Source: Azolla caroliniana | Lineage: Eukaryota; Plantae; Polypodiophyta | DNA length: 64,000 nt | Assembly (NCBI GenBank): GCA_043228905.1 | Contig: JBHGNT010000020.1 | Span: 5,828,001 to 5,892,000, forward strand | Direction: 5' to 3' | Part shown: piece by piece, positions 50,601 to 63,604 of the stretch | How the letters are laid out: each line of letters begins with the position of its first letter | Position numbering within the stretch: position 1 is the first letter of the stretch | Position numbers and translations under genes: made by a program | The notes under the pieces: model-generated | Databases searched by the model: none | Seen by the model: only the letters and a program-made list of their open reading frames with translations | What the model was told of the DNA's origin: nothing

Positions 50601-52306
50601 GACATTACTTCTTGAATATGCAGTACAAGTTCGGCATGAAAGAATGCAGATCTGTCTCCACACCCTTGGACCAGAACCAGAAGCTCCGTCCCAACTCCGG
50701 ACCGGCCTGCAATGAGAAACAGTTCCGACAAATTGTCAGAAGCCTTATTTACCTGACTATCACACGCCCTAACATCAGCTATCCGGTCGGAATGATAAGT
50801 TAGTTCATGCAGAAGCCGACCGTGGAGCACCTTCAATGCGCGCAGCGAATACTGCGATATGTAAGTGGCACGAAGATGCCGACTGGGCCGGCGATGCATC
50901 AGATCGCCGATCAACCTCCGGTTATATGTTTTCCCTAGATAGCGTGGTTGTTGCGTGGAGCAGCAAAAAGCAGCCAACAGTTGCTCTGTCGAGCATTGAG
51001 GCTGAGTATCGAGGCGCTACCATTGCCACCTGCGAAGCCATTTGGCTTCGGCAACTGCTGCAAGACTTACGGATCGAGGTACCGACTCCGATTCTGGTCT
51101 ACTGCGACAACATAAGTTGCATGCAACTCGCCAAGAACCTTGTGTTCCATGCTCGCACGAAGTACATAGAAGTGCATTATCACTTTGTCCGTGAGCGGGT
51201 CCTAAGCGGTGAGGTTGAACTACAGTATGTTCCCACGGATCGGCAAGTTGCCGACATCTTCACCAAGCCGCTTGGATCGGAAAAGTTGCAGCACTTTACT
51301 GACATGCTTGGTGTTCCGCATCTCGACGTGCCACACTTGAGGGGGAGAACGGGCAGAGACACCGGAACGGGCAAAGGCAAAGAGACTGCCGATTGCGCCG
51401 GTGAGGGAAGAACAGAAGGCGGCAAAGTCAAGAAGGACAGAGCCAACCGAAGGAAGAAGGCCAAGACCCGGACATGGTCTGATGTGGTAATGGGCTTAGG
51501 ACCAGAAGACGAATCGGGAGCAACCAATTCGGACAAGAGTTGGAACGAATCGGAGACAGTCAATTCGGTTCAACAGACAGATTCGGAAGAACCGGATCAA
51601 TTCAAGGCCAAGCAGACACGGATGCAACGGAAGTCGATGCCATCGCGGAGAAACCGACGGATCGATAAGCGTCGGAGTCATAGCAGCGAAGGAGCTGAGA
51701 GGGGCCTATTGAGCAGACATACCGACCGAGAAGGTCGAGACGCGCAGAACAAGAAGGGTAACGACAAACAGAACCGGACTGGACGAGGAGCGCGAGCAAG
51801 GCGAAGCGACACCAGGAGAAGTCGGTTGGAAGAATCGGCTGCCACAGAGACTGACACTAAGATCCAACCTCAAGTTGAGCTTGAGGGGGAGTGTTGAGCG
51901 GCAAGCTCAACTGGAGCCGGATCGGCTGAATAAGCCTAAGTCGGCAAGCGAGACAAATCGGTAAGTTGTGAGCAACCGAGCCGGCAAGCAACAGAGCCCG
52001 GTGAGCTGGGGAGCCGGTTAGCCGGATCCAATCAGTAACCGGAAGCCTAGTATTAGTGTAGACTAGTAGGCAATTATAGTCTCGTAGTAAGTGTCAGATG
52101 CTCGTGTGAGCATTGAAGTACGCAGTACTTCTGTCAATCCCACGAGGACTTGTATAAATAATGCTACTGAGCATAGTTGTATGTACAGAGTGTTTTTATC
52201 ATTTTTGAATATAGACTTGAAGTTCTGCTCTCTCTGTCTCTCCCGTGTACTCTCTGTATTCCCTACCTTCTCTGTTTTCTAACGCTTCCGCAAGTAATCG
52301 TTTACA
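47690..52306 (+). mobile_element. Copia-D (same family as Copia-A), 5'-truncated; 3' LTR 51892-52306
   Basis: Gag end, CCHC, PR (WYVDSGASNHM), INT, RT, RH and extension with scattered stops. PPT GAGGGGGAG precedes the LTR. Confidence 0.92.
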
Positions 52307-52358
52307 TCATGCATATGGTAATGTGTGGGAGGATGGCATGCATGCAATGCATGACTTT

Positions 52359-52926
52359 TGTTGAGATACAAGCTCAACATTGGCCGGATCGGATGTGCAA
52401 GCCGAGAACCGGATCGGTTGGGATCGATCGGTTAGGCCGAACCGGTGCATAAACCGGGTGCGTAAACCGGTTTTGTTATCCGTGGGATTATACATGTATA
52501 AGTGTATAAGTGATGGTATGAGATAACTGTAAAGTCTTTGTATTAAAAGTCATGTGTAAGTGTATGTGCACATGTGCACATAAGTGTGAGTATATTAATA
52601 AGTAAAGTGGGTAGGTTGTTACAAGGTTATGTAACTAACCTATAACCCTCATTGGATGTTCTTGGATTGTAACCCTCATGGAATGTACCTATATAACCCC
52701 ACCATAGGGGACATGAATGAGAACAGTAGTTTTCCTCTCAACATTGTTTTGTCTCTCTCTCTTTCTCTTTCTCTCTAGTTTCTTCACGCTCAACCCCCTT
52801 GGGAAGGGGGTGGAGCCGTTCTTGGCTCCACCCCCCATCCCTAAACAGTTTTAGACTCAGATTATTAGGGGCAAACCGAAATCTATTATCAGCACAAAAC
52901 ATACAAGTGTTTGATTAACCTTTACA
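52359..52926 (+). mobile_element. Lone Copia-type LTR without TSD
   Basis: TGTTGAG...TTTACA with a CAAGCTCAAC motif, TATA and CT-rich tract. The flanks belong to different elements. Confidence 0.65.
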
Positions 52927-53728
52927 TGCTTCCCATGGCCCTTTTTATAGGGCTCATGGACGGTTACCGTTGTGCGTGAACTATTACTACATATTCAATA
53001 TTTTTACTATTTTCCTACTCCCTATTCTCACTTCTTTATTGCTCGGCACTACCCTTTCCTATTTCAATTCGTAACCATTCTCCACCCTTTCTCCACTTGG
53101 ACGTTCGAACTGGCCAACACATGGCACGCTTGTGGGATAGTGCATGCACGGTCAAACCCACAGGCCGCTCAAGCGTCGTCAAAAATGTGCAAAATGCTCT
53201 GCTCTTGGGCGTCGATTCGGGTTCACATTGTTGGTTCGGCGTTGGGGTCGGATCCGGCTCAGTGGCTTGTTCCTCCTGTTCTTTTTCTAGCAAGGGTTTG
53301 TGGGTTGTGGCTCGGGAGGGATCGTAGGCTACGGCAGTTGCATAGTCATCTCCGAGAATTCTTCGGCCAGCCGTTGCTCTGTAATTTCTGCATCGAGGGT
53401 GGATGAAGGTTCAGAGGGGATGAAGGACGTACGGCGATTGTTCGTCTGATCCACTATCAGGGAGCGGGATGATTTCTGGCTCTTTCACAGTGTCCTACTA
53501 CTTTTTTGCCTCCATCCTTTCGGTCTCGTATGCTTCCATTTCGAGTGCGAAGTCAATTTTATTGTCGTCGAATTCTTTGAGAAGTTGCACTATTTCCGCG
53601 AAGTGACGAGTCATGAGCACCTTCTAGTCCTCTGCAAGATCTTCCCGAATGGTGTTGATGCTCTCTTCGTCGAGCTTATAGAACCCGCAGCCTTCTTTTC
53701 TGTGATTTTCCTGGTCCGCCCAAAATAT
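52927..53728 (-). mobile_element. Gypsy-K fragment: accessory-ORF C-terminus, conserved 3' motif, partial LTR (52927-53119)
   Basis: Minus-strand FYKLDEESINTIREDLAED...FDDNKIDFALEMEAYE aligns with Gypsy-I. Ends EQSILHIFDDA*. Confidence 0.7.
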
Positions 53729-54107
53729 TGAGAGAAATAGTGCTCGGCCACAACTAAAGTCTACAGAATGAGACCTAGAGGTAATGACCTCGAGCTCTGT
53801 ATCTTCGCCTTCGGGCAGTTACTGTCATGATATGGCAAGACTCGAACCCATGACCTTAGGTTACATAGGTCGAGCTCTTGACCATTATACCATCTATTGT
53901 AATACATAGGATATTATTTTCATTTAAATTTTATTATGGAAAATTGATGTATATTCCATATTTCTCTGGAACATTCAAGAAACTTCAAGAGTATTCCTGA
54001 GAATACTATAAAAGGAGGCACAAGGCATTATTTCCAACCAAATCGGTTCAACGCCAGTCTTAAGCCTCCTAGTTACTATTGTGTACTCTCTTCACATAAT
54101 ATATATC

Positions 54108-56659
54108 TATAAAAGAATACGTTATGTGGAAGCGTGTTGCATAAACACAGAGTATACAATTCAGAGGAATAAGACAGTTAGGTAAAACATAGAAAACGCA
54201 AAGATGGAGATAGAAAAAGGAAGAGACAGAGCAGACAACTCAAATCTATTTCAAAAATAGTTCTCTGTACATACACCATGCTTAGTGAGCACATTATCTA
54301 CAAGCCCTAACAAACGGGCTGACACAAGTACTGACAGTACTTGACTGCTCATAAATGAGCCTCGACACTAACTCCCAAAATTATTCTTGTACGAGGAATA
54401 ATGTTCTAACGGCCTCTTCGGTTTTCACACCGATGCAGCCCTGTTGTGCGTACTTTTTCACGCACCCAGTCTACGCACTGGGTTACGCACCGTAGTACAC
54501 ACTCAATGTTGAGCTTGTCACTCAACACTCCCCCTCAAGCTCAACTTGAGGTTCCGCCTGCTCCGCCGGATCTACGCTCCAGCTTCTCCTGGCTACACGC
54601 CTCGCTCGTGCTCCTCGACCCGTTCGGTTCCGCACGCCTCAACCCTTTCAGTCGGCTTGTCTGCTCACACAGCCCTTCTCAGCTTCCTTGTTGTTGCGGT
54701 GTTGGTGCCTCTTCTATTTCCTTCTCTTCCGCTTGGCCCTTGGTTGATTCACCGTATCCGAATCAAACATCTAAACCGACTCGGCTTCCTCCGGCCGGTT
54801 TTCGCTCTCGTCCGAGTTGGCTGTCTCCGACTCGTCTTCGGTGTTCAGGCCCCTAACAACATCCGACCATGTCTTAGTCTTGGCCTTATCTCCCCCTGTT
54901 TCGGCTGTCCTCGGCTCCTTCTTCTGCTTACGGCCCTTGCTTCCGTCTTCGGCTTCTTCAGTCGGTTCGAAGTCGAATTCTCCATCCGACTCCGCATCTT
55001 GGTCACTTCCGTCGTGATGCTTACCTTCGCTCCTTTCACGCTCTTGTTCCTATTTGTCTTCCTTTCTCCCCCTCAAGTTCGGTGTGTCGAGGTGACGCAA
55101 CCCAAGCGCACCCGAGAAATGTCGTAACTTGTCGAGACCAAGAGGTTTTGTAAAGATGTCGGCAATCTACCGATCAGTCGAAACATGCACAAATTCGACT
55201 TCTCCTGAAAGGACCCGCTCGCGGACAAAATGGTAATGCACCTCAATGTGCTTGATCCGGCCATGGAACACGGGGTTTTTCACAAGGTGGATACTGCTGA
55301 GGTTGTCACAATAGATCGTCGTCGAATCAGACACCTCTACCTGCATATCCCGTAATAGCCGTTTCAGCCAAATGACTTTGCACATAGCGACAGTCGCCCC
55401 TCGATATTCGGCCTCCATGCTCGACAGTGCTATTGTTGGTTGCTTCTTGCTGCTCCACGCGATCGCCGCACTTCCTAATGAGAAAGCATATCCGGATGTG
55501 GATTTACGATCATTGGTGTTTCTGGCCCAATCGGCATATGTGTAGCCCACTAACTGTGGCGACACTCCTCCATTAGCAGAACTCTGATTCTGCAAGTAGA
55601 CAGCCGTCTTCACGGCTTCAACCCAATAAAATTTCGGCATATGCTTCTCTTCAAGCATTGCCCTAGCCGCTTCTTTAATCGTCTGATTCTTCCGCTCGGC
55701 TACGCCATTCTACTACGGCGTGTATTTACATGAGAATTTGCGTCGAATTCCCTCCTTCTGTAGATAACATGTGAACTGGTCAGAGAGGTACTCCTTCCCG
55801 CCATCAGACCGTAGGCATTTGATTCTATGCCCTGTTTCCCTTTCCGCGAGGCTCTTCACCTCCAGGAAACATGCGAAAATTTCGCTCTTCTTTGCGATCG
55901 TGCATGCCCACGTGTGCTGAGTGAAATCATCGATGAAGGTTAGAAAGTAACGGCTTCCACCGAGACTCACGTTTTGTGCCGGTCCCCACACATCCGAATG
56001 GATCAAATCGAGTGGATTATAGCTCTGATTACACTCGTTGGGGAATGGAAGTCGATGTTGTTTTCCCATCTGACAGGTTTGCAGACTTGGCCATTACGGC
56101 CCCGAAATTTCAGCAACCACTCCTTGTGATTCCGATTTCTCCAAGTACGAGAACCATTCCTCGTGACTCGTCATATGATTTGACGCTCAGGAATCTACAT
56201 GCCACACTTTGCTCGATTTCGAGGTGTTAACAGAATACGTTATGTAGAAGCGTGTTGCGTAAACACGGAACGGAGTATACGGTTCAGAGGAATAAGACAG
56301 TTAGGTAAAACACAGAAAACTCAGAGATGGAGATAGAGAGAGGGAGAAACAGAGACAAAGCAGACAACTCAAATCTATTTCAAAAATAGTTCTCTGTACA
56401 TACACCGTGCTTAGTGAGCACATTATATACAAGCCCTAACAAACGGGTTGACACAAGTACTGATAGTACTTGACTGCTCATAAATGAGCCTCAACACTAA
56501 CTCCCAAAATTATTCCTTTATGAGGAATAACATTCTAACGGCCTCTTCGGTTTTCACACCGATGCAGCCCTGTTGTGCGTACTTTTTCACGCACCCACCA
56601 GTTTACGCACTGGGTTACGCACCGTATTACGCACTCAATGTTGAGCTTGTCACTCGACA
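54108..56659 (-). mobile_element. Copia-M, 2.55-kb deletion derivative; LTRs 54108-54527 and 56225-56659; TSD ATATC
   Basis: Direct-repeat LTRs with ATATC at 54103-54107 and 56660-56664. The interior holds only PR scraps, part of INT, RH and the extension. Confidence 0.92.
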
Positions 56660-56959
56660 ATATCTTTTATCATCATTCTCTCACCCTTTCTCTCTCTCTA
56701 TCTCTCTCTCGCTTTCCTTCTCTCGAGAGTTCTACACCTCTCTTAGTACTAATCCTCATCTTTTAGTACTAATTCCTTCTCTGTCTTAGTACTGATCCAG
56801 ACAGTTTGAACCGATTTTCCGCCCCCCTTCCGTCTCCTCTTTTCCTCCTCTTCCTTTTATCTTCTTACATATCCCCTTTTTCCGGTCTTCTTTTCGATTT
56901 CCCTCATCTTCTTACCCCTTTCTTCCCTTCATACTAATCCTCTTATCCTCCCTAGTAAA

Positions 56960-59900
56960 ATGGAAACTATTAGCACTCAGGAATACCAATCCGTTTTCTC
57001 GGAGCTCCAGTGCTTAAAGGAGAAATTTGTAGCACTAGAACAAGAAAATCACCGTTTGTTGGGGGATCTTCAACAAATCGCGTTGCAAAAACAACAACAC
57101 GGGGAGTTGACGTTACGTGTACAACAACTTGAAGCGACTATTGTATCATTACAACAACAAGGATCAAGTACTCAAGGGATTCGCAAAGAACCCAAGATCG
57201 GTCTTCCTGCAAAATTTGATGGGACCCGATCACAGTTTCGAAGTTTTTTGAACCAGGTACGTTTAGTGATTCAAATGCATCCTTCTCGATATCCCACCGA
57301 TGCATCACGAGTGGGACTAGTAGGCACCCTACTTAGTGGCTCAGCGTTGGCATGGTTCACTCCGTTGTTAGAAAAGGAATCTCCATTACTAAACAATTTT
57401 GAAGAATTTATAAGTGAGTTTAAAGCCTGTTTCGGAGATACTAACAGCATAAGAACTGCAATCAACAAAATCCGGCGATTACGCCAAGGTGATTGTCCAA
57501 CCTCCGCATACATTGCAGATTTCCGCCTACTTGCCACCGATATCCCTTGGGATGATCAAGCATTGATGGAGTAATTTCGTTATGGTTTACGCAACAATGT
57601 CAAGGATTTACTCTTGACCTTCCCCGAAGAACCAAAGCCATTAACAGAAGCAATTAATCGCGCGATGAGATGCTAGAACCGTCTTTTCGAACGACGTTCG
57701 TAACGGCAATACCAGATGCCAAGGGTAAGATCAGAGTCCACCTACGCCTCAGTGGTAGCGAAACCTTTTCCGAGGGAGTCATATAATGCATCTCCAACAA
57801 ATACTCCGACTCCAATGGAAATCGACACCACACGTCATCGCGGACCACTATCAGAAGAAGAAAAGCAGCGACGCAGGGCAAATCGACTATGTCTGTATTG
57901 CGGGGGACCGGGGCATATTGCAGTGAATTGTCCCCATTGGCCAAAAAGGCCAAAAACTCGAGTCTATTTCTCTAGGTGTGTCCGATAGTCCTAATAGCCC
58001 GCGCCTTTCAAATAAATTTGAAATCCTTAGTCAACTAGAAGAAGAGTTAAACGATTAAGTCCAGCCAAAATATGAGTCGTTTGGTTGGACAGCCCTAGAT
58101 CTGTGCAGCCCATTAGTGGTTCCATTTCTTCTAAGCAAGTTATCATTGTGTTCTTAGCTCAAGTAATAGTTAGTACTAAAAGTACTCCTCTAGTACATGT
58201 CTTAGCACTCTTAGATTTCAGAGCCAACTCTTGCTTCATGGATAGGAATTTTGCCCAAGTTCATCAGATATCTCTAAGAAAACTATTGTGTCCAGCCTCT
58301 ATAGTAGTCATTGATGGTTGTCCCATCACTTCCGGAAATATCATAGAAGAGTCAGAGCCCATTAATATTTTCCTAGATAACTTAGCATGTGTAATATCAT
58401 TTAATATAATTAGTATCCCAGAACATCCCATTGTTTTGGGATTACCATGGTTCGAATTACATAACCCAGACACAGATTGGAGAACAAGAGAAATTCGGTG
58501 TCAACAAACCCAAGGATCTACTCATAAGATTGCAACCATTTTGCTACATCAGTTGCGTGAGGAAGGGCGCAAGGAAGAAATATTTCTATTCGCAATATCA
58601 GTAAAACCCTCCAGCACCACTAAAGAGGAGTCCACCGTTCAACTTCCAGAGAAGTATCGTCATTATGACTATGTGTTCGATAAAGTACAAGCTTGTAAGC
58701 TTCCTCACCATCGACCGGATGATTGCCCCATACATTTGCAACTGGGAAAAGAGCCGCCATGAGGACCGATCTACAATTTTTCACCAACCGAACTGGAACT
58801 CCTTCGAGCCTATATAGAGGAGAATTTGGCAAATGGTTTCATTCGGCATTCAAAATCTCTAGCCAGCACACCCATTTTCTTCGTCAAGAAAAAAGATGGA
58901 TCACTTCATCTCGTTGTGGATTACCGTGGCTTGAATAAGGTCACAATCAGGAATAGGTATGCACTTCCCCTTATCTCAAGTCTTTTAGAATGGATCAATG
59001 GTGCAAGGTTCTTCACGAAGATCGACTTACGGGGAGCATATAACCTCGTACGGATCCAACCAGGAGATGAATGGAAGACCGCGTTTCGCAGTAGATATGG
59101 ACACTTTGAGTATACGGTCATGCCATTCGGCCTCACTAATGCGCCAACAGTCTTCTAGCACATGGCAAATGATATATTCCGAGATCTCTTGGATGTTTGT
59201 TTGATCATCTATTTGGATGATCTACTAGTTTATTCGAAGACCCAAGAAGAGCATGATTCTCATGTACTGTTAGTACTAAAACAACTTCGAGAACATGGTC
59301 TTTATTCAAAGCTGGAAAAATGTAGTTTCAGGTGCAACCAGGTGGAATTTCTAGGCTATGTCATCTCCGCGGAAGGCATCTCCATGGATCCAGCCAAGGT
59401 CAAAATGGTGGTAGAGTGGCAAACTCCATGTTCATTGCACGATGCACAATGCTTTTTAGGCTTTGCCAATTTCTACCGCAAGTTTATAAAGGATTACTCA
59501 AAGCTTGTTTTGCCTCTTACACAACTTACTAAGAAGGGACAATCGTTCGTTTGGTCTGAAGAAGTGGACATGGCTTTTGAGAATCTTAAGACGGCATTTA
59601 CATCAGCTCCTATTCTAGCTCATGTTGATCCAGAAAAATCATTCATCATTCAAGCTGACGCATCAAATTTCGCATTGGGTAGCATTCTGTCACAATAAGG
59701 TAATGATGAAAAGCTACATCTTGTGGCTTTCCACTCACGCAAGTTTGACGCCGCTGAAATCAACTATGAAATTCATGATAAGGAGCTATTAGCAATAGTG
59801 GACTCTTTTACACAATGGAGGCATTTTCTAGAGGGATCCTCTCATCAAGTCACCGTATTCAACGACCACAAGAACCTTGCCTACTTTCAAGATGCTCGTG

Positions 59901-61636
59901 TGTTAAATCGACGTCAAGCTCGGTGGGCCCAACTCCTCATGCATTTCAACTTCAAAATTACATATCGTCCGAGGAAACACCAAGGGAAGGCAGATGCGTT
60001 ATCACGGTGTTCGTATCTAACACCGCGTTTCGGTGAGCCAGCTTTCGATAATCAAAAACAAGTAATCTTCGGACCGGCACGACTACAAGCAACACAGGTT
60101 TTTGGCATGCTCGTGGATTCCCACGTTATCGATACCATACGTGAGGACTTGAAGACAGATGCTTTTGCCCAAGCCATTCTAGCACAAATTGATCCCTCTC
60201 GAGCATCTTGTTCACAGTCGCAACAAGCAGGTACAGACTATCGACAATTCAAATTCCATGATGGATTACAATTCTTTAAAAAACTCTTGTATGTTCCTAA
60301 TGGTTCTTGCCACCTTCGAGTAGTCCAAAACTATCATGACACATATATAGCTGGGCATTTTGGTAGTACTAAGACATTAGACTTAGTACAACTATCATTC
60401 TTGTGGCCCCGTATGCGGCAATTTGTCGAAGATTTTGTTCAGACTTGTGATACATATTACAAAGCGAAAATTCCAAGGCATCATCCATATGGTTTATTAG
60501 AACCATTACCAATTCCAAGCAAGCCATGGCAATCCATTGCTCTAGATTTCATCACAGATCTTCCAGTCTCGAAGAGATTTAATGCAATTTTAACAATAGT
60601 AGATCAATATACGAAGATGGCTCATTTCTTGCCATGTACTAAGATAATCTCCAGTGAAGAAACCGTCGAAATTGTCATGCGTGAAGTATGTCGACATCAT
60701 GGCCTTCCCGATAGTATCATCAGCGACCGTGGACCCCGATTTGTCTCAAAATTCTGGAAGCACCTTTTTAAAATGCTCAAGGTCACTTGTAACCTCTCCT
60801 CCGGCTACCACCCACAAACAGACGGCCAAGCAGAACGAACAAATCAAACGCTGGAGCAGTATTTTCGGTGCTTTCTAAGCTATCATCAGGATGACTGGGC
60901 GGATATTCTCCACTTCGCCAAATTTGCCTATAATAACTCTGTCCACGCATCGACTAAAGTTACGCCATTTTATGCTTATACGGGATGTCACCCCCGGTGG
61001 TGTGTATTTGAAACACCAGAGTTACCTACAAATCCTTGTGCAGAGGATCGTTTGGAGCGGTTACGCAAGATACAAGAGAATTTATTTACTCATCTCCGAC
61101 AAGCTCAACAAACACACAAGGTTTACGCAGATCGTCATCGGCTTCCATCCAGTTTTAACGTCGGAGATCAGGTATGGCTACTACAACAACACATCAAGAC
61201 TACTCGCCCATGTGAGAAGTTGGATTATCGGCGATTAGGTTCTTTCCGTATTATCGAAAAGATTAATGATGTCGCTTTTCGTCTCGATCTACCTCTGCAA
61301 CTTCGGATACATCCGGCGTTTCATAGTTCTCTCCTCGAACCCTATCAAGACAGCACCATCCCAGGACGTATTACACAACCTCCACCCCCGATCGAACTTG
61401 AAGATGGACCTAAGTATGAGGTTGCTGCCATCCTCGATTCCAAGATTGTCCGCAACAAGCTCTACTATCTAGTCAATTGGCTAGGATATAGTCCCAACGA
61501 GCGTACTTGGGAACCGATAGAGAATGTGACCAACGCTCGTGCTCTTCTTGAAGACTTCCATCGTCAATATCCAGACAAACCGGGTCCTCAATCCAAAATG
61601 ACTCGTGACACTCGTCATTTTTTAAAGGGGGAATAG
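56960..61636 (+). pseudogene. Chromovirus gag-pol with C-terminal chromodomain
   Basis: Gag LPAKFDG and CLYCGGPGHIAVNC, RT YLDD, RH DASNFALG, INT SDRGPRF, chromodomain YEVAAILD...YLVNWLGY...TWEP. Several stops. Confidence 0.93.
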
Positions 61637-63604
61637 TGTCATGATATGGCAAGACTCGAACTCATGACCTTAGGTTATATAGGTCGAGCTCTTGACCATT
61701 ATACCATCTATTGTAATACGTAGGATATTATTTTCATTTAAGTTTTATTATGGAAAATTGATGTATATTCCAGATTTCTCTGGAACATTCTAGAAACTTC
61801 AAGAGTATTCCTGAGAATACTATAAAAGGAGGCACAAGGCATTATTTCGAACCAAATCGGTTCAACACTAGTCTTAAGCCTCCTAGCTACTTTTGTATAC
61901 TCTTCACATAATATATATCTTTTATCATCATTCTCTCACCCTTTCTCTCTCTCTATCTCTCTCTCTCGCTCACTCTTTCCTTCTCTTGAGAGTTCTACAC
62001 CTCTCTTAGTACTAATCCTCATCTTTTAGTACTAATTCCTTCTCTGTCTTAGTACTGATCCTGACAGTTACAATAGAAACTGATTCATTTTCTCTCTATC
62101 TCGCTCTCACACACTCTGTACAACGATAATGATGATCAATGACATAATTAACATTGTTTCCCTAGTTATATTTATACTTATATAACTTTAGGACTATTTA
62201 CAAATATGACCTCAACGGTCATGTCTAAACATATTTACTAATATGTTCTTATTCGTTGGTTCATATCGGATCCGGTTGGACTCCATCCGGATCCCATCCA
62301 AAGGGACCTATTTCCCAACAAACTCCCCCTTCACTCTGGCATGGGATGTCTCGTTAGTTTGATCCGTCTCTGACACGCGTCCAGCTTGTTGGCTGATAGC
62401 ATCTTCGTCAGCATGTCTGACCCGTTCTCCTCCGTATGGATCTTTGTCAGTGAAAACTCTTTATCTTCTACCTTCTCCTAGAGCCAATGATATCTCCTAT
62501 GGATGTGCTTAGTCCGGGAGTGGTATGTTGCATTCTTCGCAAGGTGGATGACACTTTGACTATCGCAGTGGAGTTGGTATTCCTCCTACCGGATACCTAG
62601 CTCTACGATGAAGTCCTTCATCCAGATTACTACCTTGCCAGCTTCCACGGCTACCATGTACTCTGCTTCCGTTGTCGATAGTGCAATGGATTTCTACAGC
62701 TTCGACTGCCACGATACGGCTCCCCCTGCATATGTCATGACGTATCCGGATGTACATCGGTTGGTATCTACATCAACCGACATGTCCAAATCGATGAAGC
62801 CTTCCAATAGGGGTTTACCAAAGCCAAACCGGAGGCACATACTCGAGGTGCCTTTCAAGTACCAGATTATCCACTTGATCGCGGCCCAGTGTTCTCTTCC
62901 CAGATTGCTCATGAACAAGCTGACCACTCCGACGGCATATCCGATATCCGACCGGGTACACACCAGTGCATAGATCAAGCTTCCAACGAGAGAGGCATGT
63001 GGTATCTTCATCATCTCCGACTTCTCTGCCTTTGTCTTCGGGCTCTGCTTCCCGAACAGCTTGTAGTTTGTCAGAAGTGTCGACCCCACCGGCTTAGCAT
63101 CCGACGTCCTGGGGGCTTCACTGTCAAAACTTGTATGATAGCACGTGAGTTCATCAAAGGGGGTTTTAATTAGTTGTTGAGATACAGAATGTATATATAT
63201 AAGGGTATTAATAAATATTTTGAAAATATATTTACATAAGGGTATTTATCAATTATGTTGGAAAAAATAAATTATATAAGCCCATGAAATATTAGATATT
63301 TCAATGAGATAGTAAAGAATATATTATGCATGCATATATGTTACATTCAAACGTTACATCCGTGAATATGTATATACATACATTGCACCCATTTATACAT
63401 GTATTTTGACTAAACATAAATATATGTACAAATATATCTTACCATATGTAAATATGTACATACACATACGTACATACATTACATACTACATACATATTAG
63501 AATCAGCCATATATATTGACATACATATATACATAATACATACATAAAAATGGGTTTTACACTAAAAATGGAAGTGTTCGTACATTATCACTGATGTCAT
63601 TACA

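Larger units (their letters stand above)
31827..52358 (-). mobile_element. Gypsy-G (non-chromovirus, tRNA-Trp primed, Phygy/Selgy-like), degenerate host of several insertions; 3' LTR 31827-32731, 5' LTR pieces 47341-~47598 and 52307-52358
   Basis: LTR homology between 31827 and 47341, PPT 32732-32741. INT 32830-33900, RH/RT 34004-35557 (FLDD), gag 44814-46030 and 47103-47301. Confidence 0.88.
53823..62066 (+). mobile_element. Tcn1/Tf1-like chromovirus (Gypsy); LTRs 53823-56803 (split by Copia-M) and 61637-62066; TSD GTTAC
   Basis: GTTAC at 53818-53822 and 62067-62071. PPT AAAGGGGGAATAG. Domain order gag-PR-RT-RH-INT-chromodomain. Confidence 0.95.
53729..63105 (-). mobile_element. Copia-L (Copia-E-like): 3' LTR split by the chromovirus (53729-53822 and 62067-62320), RH/RT remnant 62370-63105
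   Basis: LTR pieces and PPT are homologous to Copia-E. ORF 62694-63089 is similar to Copia-E RT. Confidence 0.8.
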
